Part shown: piece after piece, positions 26,521 through 32,000 of the stretch
Position numbering within the stretch: position 1 is the stretch's first letter
Layout: each line of letters begins with the position of its first letter
Assembly (NCBI RefSeq): GCF_000014265.1
Contig: NC_008312.1
Coordinates: 1,620,001 to 1,652,000 of the forward strand
DNA from: Trichodesmium erythraeum IMS101
GTDB taxonomy: Bacteria; Cyanobacteriota; Cyanobacteriia; Cyanobacteriales; Microcoleaceae
DNA length: 32,000 bases
Direction of reading: 5' to 3'
Position numbers and translations under genes: made by a program
The notes under the pieces: generated by a model
What the model was told of the DNA's origin: nothing
The model's input: only the letters and a program-made list of their open reading frames with translations
The model's database searches: none

Positions 26521-27070
26521 AAGATTACTTCCATTTGAGATACAAATCTTGCCAAATCTCTTTCGGGGATACAAAACCTCTGAGTTTTCCAAGGCCATAA
26601 TTGTCTTTTTTTAAAGTATATCTTACAGTTTCACGAGAAATTTCGGTGACAATTTGTCCCTGTTGGAGTTCTGAAGTTAATAATCTGATGCTTCAGTAGG
26701 CTCTGCCTTGGGGTAGGTCAGAGCCTCCTGAAGCAATAATTTGTGCTTGAGTTGTCCCATCTACTTTCGGGGGTGTGGGTGGAGTGCTTCGAGGGTATCA
26801 ATTAAGAGCAGGTTTTTATCCTTTGCTGAGGAATCTTTAGCAAACCTGTATCACTTTGTTTCTATATACATTTAAAGTTTCTACTATTTCTTCATCTGTC
26901 AAGATGCTCGTGGTCTTTTTTGCTTTGTAACACATTAGCAAAATTCGAGGGTGTAGAATTTTTTTTAGCTGGTGCATGGCCATTTCTAGGGATTCTTTCT
27001 AGATTATCCTTCTGTTTTACCGTCAGAATTACTTGCTCATGCCAACCTCTCCCATAGTATTATTATCCAT
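26521..27070 (-). pseudogene. IS630-family transposase, N-terminal half (pseudogene)
   Basis: The reverse strand from 27070 reads MDNNTMGEVGMSK..., NGHAPAKKILHPRILLM, LTDEEIVETLNVYRNKV, TPPTPPKVDGTTQAQIIAS, IVTEISRETVRYTLKK. This is the typical order of the IS630 HTH region, with stops and frameshifts. Confidence 0.75.
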
Positions 27071-27639
27071 TGCTGCCCATATTTAATAGAGCATTTTAGC
27101 TATGGAGTGTCTAGATCCCTATTTTAGAGTCTCTATTGAATAGTTTTGACGAAGCACATAAGGTAGCTATATCGCCTGTTTTTGACTGTCTATGAAAGAG
27201 CGTTCGCCTATTTTTGACTGTCTATGAAAGAGCGATCGCTCTTTCTAGGTAAAAGTAGCTTTTAGCGGGGGATTCTAATGCACCATTTTACCTGTGTTAG
27301 TCCCACTATAAGGTAATAGAGGCCCATTTGCTTAACTCCACAACTAGTAATGGTTTTAACTATTATAGATTCTCATCCAATTCTAGTAACGTCAAGACAC
27401 CAATAGGGAATTGGCTATTTCAGTCCCGATTTTTCTTTCACCCTATGTTGATTAATTACATTAATTTTCTCTAGGACCTGGCGGACGCAGTTTTTTTTGA
27501 AAGTTTTCTTTAGGATCAATGTCATGTTTTATATGCTTTAGATGTAGGAATTTTAATTTGGTGTTTAATTTATATCTAACTAATTGATGAACTGTCCGAA
27601 AGCCAAGAATAGGAAAAATTAAAAAATAATAGCTAAATA

Positions 27640-28356
27640 TTAATTACTATCAAATAACTTCAAAGCTAAATCTGGCCTGTCTGTAATTAATGCAAATATT
27701 CCTTTCTTAATAATTTTAGACATTAATTTTTCATCATTAATCGTCCAAACATAGATATTCTTATTAAGAATTTTCATCCGCCACACAAAACCTAATTTTA
27801 TTAATTGATAATTAGGAGAAACAAAATCAGCTTTAGTTAGAAGTAAACGAAATTCTGGAAAAATTTCTGATAATCGAGTAAGGATGAAATTTTGGGGATT
27901 CCCCAGTCCTAGTAATAGACCAGTTGTAATTTTGTTATCAGTTTTTTTAAGGGTGATAATCGCAGTATCAATAAAAGATTTAATGACATAATCTTGATAA
28001 TCTAAATATTTTTTAACTAAATTAACTATCTCCAATTCATATCCGGCTTCTTTCAATTCAATATCAAGTTTAATTTTCCTCTGACACAGCTTAAGTACAT
28101 CTTCTACTAATGGCACATCAAAACCTTTTTTCTGTGAAATATTTAAAAGTTGTTGATAAGTCAAATCCCTAAGTTTTATCCCATCAATTGATTCATCATG
28201 AAAGGCAACCAATAAATTATCCTGAGTTTTTCTAACATCAAACTCTACCATTGAAACACCTAACTCAATAGCTTTAGCAAAAGATGCTAAAGTATTTTCA
28301 AATTTTACCAAGCCAGATGCACCGCGATGAGCAATAATTAATGGTTTAGTAGTCAT
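27640..28356 (-). CDS. Glycerophosphodiester phosphodiesterase (GDPD family)
   Basis: A 238 aa ORF. IIAHRGASG and ENTLASFAKAIELGVSMVEFDVRKTQDNLLVAFHD are GDPD catalytic signatures (HR...E.D...HD). Confidence 0.85.
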   Translation of the reverse strand: MTTKPLIIAHRGASGLVKFENTLASFAKAIELGVSMVEFDVRKTQDNLLVAFHDESIDGIKLRDLTYQQLLNISQKKGFDVPLVEDVLKLCQRKIKLDIELKEAGYELEIVNLVKKYLDYQDYVIKSFIDTAIITLKKTDNKITTGLLLGLGNPQNFILTRLSEIFPEFRLLLTKADFVSPNYQLIKLGFVWRMKILNKNIYVWTINDEKLMSKIIKKGIFALITDRPDLALKLFDSN

Positions 28357-28440
28357 TTTATTTGATTTTTGTGATACTCAACTTTTTAATTCCTAATATT
28401 TAGTTTAATCTAGATGTAGCGCTATATAAATAGAGTAACC

Positions 28441-29709
28441 ATGACAGATACACCGACAAAACTACCATCACAGCTAAGGCCAGTAAAACCTGATGAGTGG
28501 ATTGCAATATTTGTAGCTTTAGGGACTTTTGGCAGCATATTTTTCTGGGCAACGACTGGAGAAAAGAATGGATTTAATCTACTTTCTAAACCCATGCTTT
28601 CTACACCTCTATCTGAAAGTTTTGGTAGTTCCAATATTGCTTCTGGGAAGTCAATATTTAGCTTAGACATACCTCAACTTAAGACTTCGACTGGTAAGTC
28701 AGGATCAAATTTTGAAGAGAGCTCTCAAAATCCTGAAGAATTAGGAACAAGTCTGGATACTTTGACTTCTATGACTGATCCTGTTGAGGATGATGAACCA
28801 AATCTTCAGAGTTTAGATCAAGTCAAGACTGAGACGAAGACAATACCTAAATTGTTTGAAGTGCTAAAAAAAATTAATCAAAAAGCTGCTCCGCCAGTTG
28901 CTGATAATTTGGGAATATTAGACAGTGGAAAGATATTATCTAAATCTCCACCTACTATATCATCGGAAGTTACAGATGATCTAATAACAACTGCTCCTCT
29001 ACCTGTAGCACCTTCTATTCCTACTCCAACAACAGAGTTACCCCAAGAAAAGGAAACTTCTTTGCCTTCAACAGCATTACCCTCTCCTGATATATCTTCT
29101 AGTAGCACGGTTAAATTTTCTGATGTTCCTAATAGTTTTTGGGCAAGTAGTTTTATTCAATCTTTGGTAGAACAGGATTTTATTGCTCAGATTAATAATG
29201 ATCAGTTTGAGCCAGACAAACCTGTAACACGAGCTGAATTTGCTGCTCAAATTGCCAAAGTATTTGAGGAAAAATCAGCTAAAAAATCTGTTGTATATAA
29301 AGATATCAAAGGAGATTCAACAGCTCAAAGTGAAATTCAAACATCTACTAAATCTGGTTTTTTAAGTGGGTATCCAGGGGATGTTTTTCGCCCAGAAGAA
29401 AAAGTATCAAGGTTGCAGGTGTTAGTTTCTTTAGCTAGTGGCTTAAGTCTAGAAATTCCATCTGATCCTGATAGTGTTTTAAGTGTTTACAAAGACACAA
29501 CAGAAATACCTGATTGGGCTAAAGAAAAAGTAGCTGCTGCAACTGCTGCTGAATTAGTAGTGAGCCATCCAGATGTAAAAATGCTGAATCCAAATCAACC
29601 TGCTACTCGTGCTGAAGTTGCAGCAGTTTTTTATCAAGCGTTGGTAAAATTAGGGCAGGTAGAAAAGATTTCATCTGAGTATATTGTGAATCCGAAAAAG
29701 GAGAATTAG
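28441..29709 (+). CDS. S-layer homology (SLH) domain protein with N-terminal TM helix and Pro/Ser/Thr-rich linker
   Basis: A 422 aa ORF. The TM helix is WIAIFVALGTFGSIFFWAT. Three SLH-like repeats start at FSDVPNSFWASSFIQSLV, YKDIKGDSTAQSEIQTS and YKDTTEIPDWAKEKVAAA. Each is followed by a ...TRAEFAAQIAKVF-type helix. Confidence 0.85.
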   Translation: MTDTPTKLPSQLRPVKPDEWIAIFVALGTFGSIFFWATTGEKNGFNLLSKPMLSTPLSESFGSSNIASGKSIFSLDIPQLKTSTGKSGSNFEESSQNPEELGTSLDTLTSMTDPVEDDEPNLQSLDQVKTETKTIPKLFEVLKKINQKAAPPVADNLGILDSGKILSKSPPTISSEVTDDLITTAPLPVAPSIPTPTTELPQEKETSLPSTALPSPDISSSSTVKFSDVPNSFWASSFIQSLVEQDFIAQINNDQFEPDKPVTRAEFAAQIAKVFEEKSAKKSVVYKDIKGDSTAQSEIQTSTKSGFLSGYPGDVFRPEEKVSRLQVLVSLASGLSLEIPSDPDSVLSVYKDTTEIPDWAKEKVAAATAAELVVSHPDVKMLNPNQPATRAEVAAVFYQALVKLGQVEKISSEYIVNPKKEN

Positions 29710-29756
29710 CTCTCTTTTTTGATGATAACTTGTTCCCTAAATAATTAATTTATTAC

Positions 29757-29787
29757 AACCCGGTTTCTTCTGGAAACTGGGTTTTTA
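29757..29787 (+). terminator. Rho-independent terminator of the SLH gene
   Basis: aacccggtttc ttctg gaaactgggtt ttttt forms an 11 bp stem with one G-U pair, followed by a T-run. It lies 48 nt after the stop. Confidence 0.75.
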
Positions 29788-29868
29788 ATCTCACAAATAT
29801 TAGCTATTAATCTTCTTCTTAGTATTTTGATATGTTTCAAGGGTGAAAATGTTAAGCAATTTTTAGGG

Positions 29869-30022
29869 GTAAGGGAAATACATACCTATTGCTAAAAATG
29901 GCTCAAAGCAAAGTAGATACAGCTTTCCGTTGTTATAAGGTACAGCTACGCGAGCACATTGCCTAGCGTACTAAATGATTTTCACTATTTACTTTGTACA
30001 TCATTTGCCCGAAATCTGCTGT
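29869..30022 (-). repeat. Dispersed ~155 bp repeat, copy 2 (inverted relative to copy 1)
   Basis: The reverse complement begins acagcagatttcgggcaaatgatgtacaaagtaaatagtgaaaatcatttagtac and ends atttcccttac. It is alignable with 11945-12099. Confidence 0.7.
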
Positions 30023-30027
30023 ATGTT

Positions 30028-30555
30028 AGAGACTATTTGTAAAAAAAAGCTCAAGATAGCCATAAAAAAGTATTGAAGGTAGGAAAATAAAAAATAATGA
30101 TCACTGTCAAATAAATGTCGTGAAAATGTGAAAATTTTTAGACAGAGCTCTAAGGGCTCGCCAGTGGGAACTACTCGAACCTATGCTACTGAAACACCTC
30201 TCAACCAGGGCTAAAACTAAATGCTAATCTCACAGAAGTAGTAAATAGTATATTCTATATCCTTTACTCTAGTTTTTATTGGCGTTCTTTGCTGTAGAAG
30301 CTACCACCTTGGCAAACTGTATCAACAAAATTTTGTAAATGGCACGGATATGGTGTTTAGGAAGAAATCAATCATACTCTAGGGCGAGAGACAAGAGTCC
30401 AAGAAGCAAGACATCAAGAATTTACTGTAAATGAGTTGGGGCTGAGTCTAGTTATAGATGAGCGAAGTTTGCTATGGCGATCACAGATTTGATTTCAGCA
30501 GCAGTTGAAATAGTCAAGGGTAATACTCAAGAATTTGAAGTCTTATCTAAAGGAA
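30028..30555 (+). pseudogene. IS5-family element left end with decayed, internally deleted transposase
   Basis: The candidate TIR is agagactatttgtaaaa (30028-30044). A similar motif, aaagactatttgtaaaa, occurs at 11804-11821. Relic peptides are RQWELLEPMLLKH, NANLTEVVNSIFYIL, KLPPWQTVS(Y)QQ, EEINHTL..ETRVQEARHQE and VEIVKGNTQEFEVLSKG. Confidence 0.65.
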
Positions 30556-30559
30556 GTGA

Positions 30560-30900
30560 TACGGCTAACGCCACCCTCCGCGAACATAAATAATAGTTGC
30601 CACAGCAGGAATATTCTATAGTCTGAGAAATGCGATCGTGTACATCTTCAAAAAAGCTTAATCCTAGCTTACGAGTGGTAGCAACCAGGGACATAAAAGT
30701 ATCCCAAGATGCAGTCTCCTCTATCGTCTGAGTTCTATAACTGATATGGCTTTAAGTCAATATAGCTCAAGCGGATAAAGGCATCTGGTTATTATGGAAT
30801 GGCAATTGGGGATGCTCCAACACCAACAGCAACTGTAAAATGAAGGGTAACAGTTAATCGTTTTGGTTCTACCAAAGATAAGTTCTCATTACAAGCACTT
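30560..30900 (-). pseudogene. IS66-family transposase C-terminal fragment (pseudogene)
   Basis: The reverse strand reads LQLLLVLEHPQLPFHNNQ...ETASWDTFMSLVATTRKLGLSFFEDVHDRISQTIEY. This is the IS66 C-terminal pattern (HNN..E...; WDTF.SL..T..KLG.SF..Y..DRIS). Boundaries are approximate. Confidence 0.65.
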
Positions 30901-30929
30901 ACACAGGTTTTTTCCTCATTTTGACATAG

Positions 30930-31800
30930 ATACCAGAGAATTCGTCTAGACTGTGATTGCCATTATGAACTACTTACAAAAGTGGGTTTTGAGTAATTAC
31001 CGAACTCAATGGCAGCTTGGAAAACATACATACAACATTCTCCTGTTAGGAATTGCTGATCACGGTTTGGCAATTATCATAATTTGGGAGATTTTGCCGA
31101 AAAAAGGAAATTCCCAAACTACTGAACGAATAGGAGAAATTTGCTTTCCTATTAGGTAAGGGGTGAGTAGCATACTTAACAGTAGGTATAGAATTTCTAG
31201 GTAAACAATGATTTAAATATCTTTCGTTTAATTGGGGGTTTCCCATCAGCATTGGTCACACAGACTTAATTGGTGATAGAGGCCGATATTTACCTTTAAG
31301 GGTGATTTTTAGGAGTTTAGCCGTTGTTGAAGTCAGAAGTTTCCTCAAATGCCAGAACGTTTGGGGAATCTGAATATATGTATCAGCCTTAAAATTTGAA
31401 TCACAAGAACTATTGATACTAGTTAGCGTTGGCAGAGAATGGTGACGGCAGCTATATCGCCCCGGGGAAAGTGCGATTCACGATTATGGTTGTTGCTGGA
31501 AGATTGAAACGTTGTTTGGTTGCCTTCAAAGTAGAGGTTTTGACCTTAAGTCAAGTCACATAACTGAACCAAAATGTCTAACTAAAACGATATTTTTATT
31601 AACTTTAGCACTGTGTTGGGCATATCACGTATATGTTTGGTTAGATGAGTATTGTCCTCTACTCATCAAAAAATATGGGGGTAAAGCTCAAAGTTTTTTC
31701 CCTATTGTCTAGTCTAGAGTTTTGGCGTATATATATTCTTCAAGATATCTAGCCAAATAGATGATTTTCTAGGATGTTAAAATTTTTGTCCTGTACTTAG
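30930..31800 (+). pseudogene. IS4-family transposase pseudogene
   Basis: NYRTQWQLGKHTYNILLLGIADHGLAIIIIWEILPKKGNSQTTERI (track ORF 30953..31159), then ...WKIETLFGCLQSRGFDLKSSHITEPKCLTKTIFLLTLALCWAYHV...IKKYGGKAQSFF (track ORF 31512..31712). It ends KFLSCT* at 31800. There are multiple frameshifts between the blocks. Confidence 0.75.
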
Positions 31801-32000
31801 GTCCTTGTCTTGTACTGTTAATATCAGCAACTATTATCTCAAAGCGATCGAGCTGTTCAAAGATTTCTTGACAAGTGGCTAATAATTCTCTACCAACGCT
31901 TATTAAGTACAATTGCTTATCAATTTGCTCGAATTGCTTGACTTGAGCAGAGACAGTGGGTTAAGTAATAAAAACTCTTCAGTAGTTTTACTAAGGCTGC
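31801..32000 (-). pseudogene. LysR-type (RbcR/CmpR-like) regulator remnant, truncated by the IS4 relic and carrying stops
   Basis: The reverse strand reads ...FIT*PTVSAQVKQFEQIDKQLYLISVGRELLATCQEIFEQLDRFEIIVADINSTRQG. This follows the cyanobacterial LysR N-terminal pattern LTQPTVS.Q.KQL....LFEQIGK.LYLT.AG.ELL..C..IFE.L..FE..IADL.G.KQG. It has a stop in the HTH and an apparent ~10 aa deletion. Confidence 0.5.

Larger units (their letters stand above)
23631..27290 (-). mobile_element. IS630-family element with ~160 bp IR-DR type ends, split by nested insertions
   Basis: The ends are taaaatggttcattagaatcccccgctaaaag (from 23631) and cttttagcgggggattctaatgcaccatttta (to 27290). Each end is TA-bounded and followed inward by 2-3 subterminal direct repeats (left ctctttaatagaNagNcaaaaacag; right ctgtttttgactgtctatgaaagagcg). 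The transposase halves lie at 23782-24361 and 26521-27070. Confidence 0.8.

Noticed and set aside
28422-29108. Track ORFs 28422..28670 and 28878..29108 (-).
   Set aside because: They are antisense to the SLH protein gene. 28422..28670 also spans the start of the SLH gene.
1-32000. tRNA, rRNA, tmRNA, RNase P RNA or riboswitch genes.
   Set aside because: No T-loop (GGTTCGAATCC-like) context or other recognisable conserved RNA motif was seen on either strand. This by-eye scan cannot exclude small ncRNAs.

Overview
AT-rich sequence (roughly one-third G+C by eye, not computed) with at least 15 copies of the HIP1 octamer GCGATCGC, which indicates a cyanobacterium. The very low coding density and heavy load of decayed transposases resemble Trichodesmium-type genomes, but that is an inference and was not checked. 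By simple addition of my own coordinates, about 39% of the window is intact protein-coding sequence and about 39% is mobile-element debris. There are 13 intact genes: a zinc-ribbon Ser/Thr kinase fused to an FGE-sulfatase domain (partial, missed by the ORF track), a Crp/Fnr regulator, an M61 peptidase, a vWA-like PEP-CTERM protein, a TerB-like protein, LeuD, a hypothetical membrane protein, an ABC1/UbiB kinase, a Ycf35(DUF1257)/Ycf46(AAA+)/RHH-like trio, a GDPD phosphodiesterase and an SLH protein. The debris comprises IS630, IS66, IS1, IS5, IS4-like and IS1182-like relics, a DDE_Tnp_4 element and a group II intron RT relic. It is concentrated in an 8.1 kb nested insertion graveyard at 19.2-27.3 kb and a second one at 30.0-32.0 kb that has destroyed a LysR-type gene. 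I found no rRNA, tRNA, CRISPR array or recognisable multi-gene defence, secretion or biosynthetic system. The two most interesting unexplained structures are non-coding or poorly understood. One is a four-unit ~246 bp tandem array (1255-2190) in which each unit carries its own extended -10 box, making it a candidate tandem sRNA family. The other is the RHH-like/ycf46/ycf35 cluster. Several other repeat families are also reported: a 2-copy ~310-380 bp repeat, a ~155 bp dispersed repeat, a MITE, and internal tandem duplications in IS relics. All homology calls come from manual translation and motif recognition. No database search was run.
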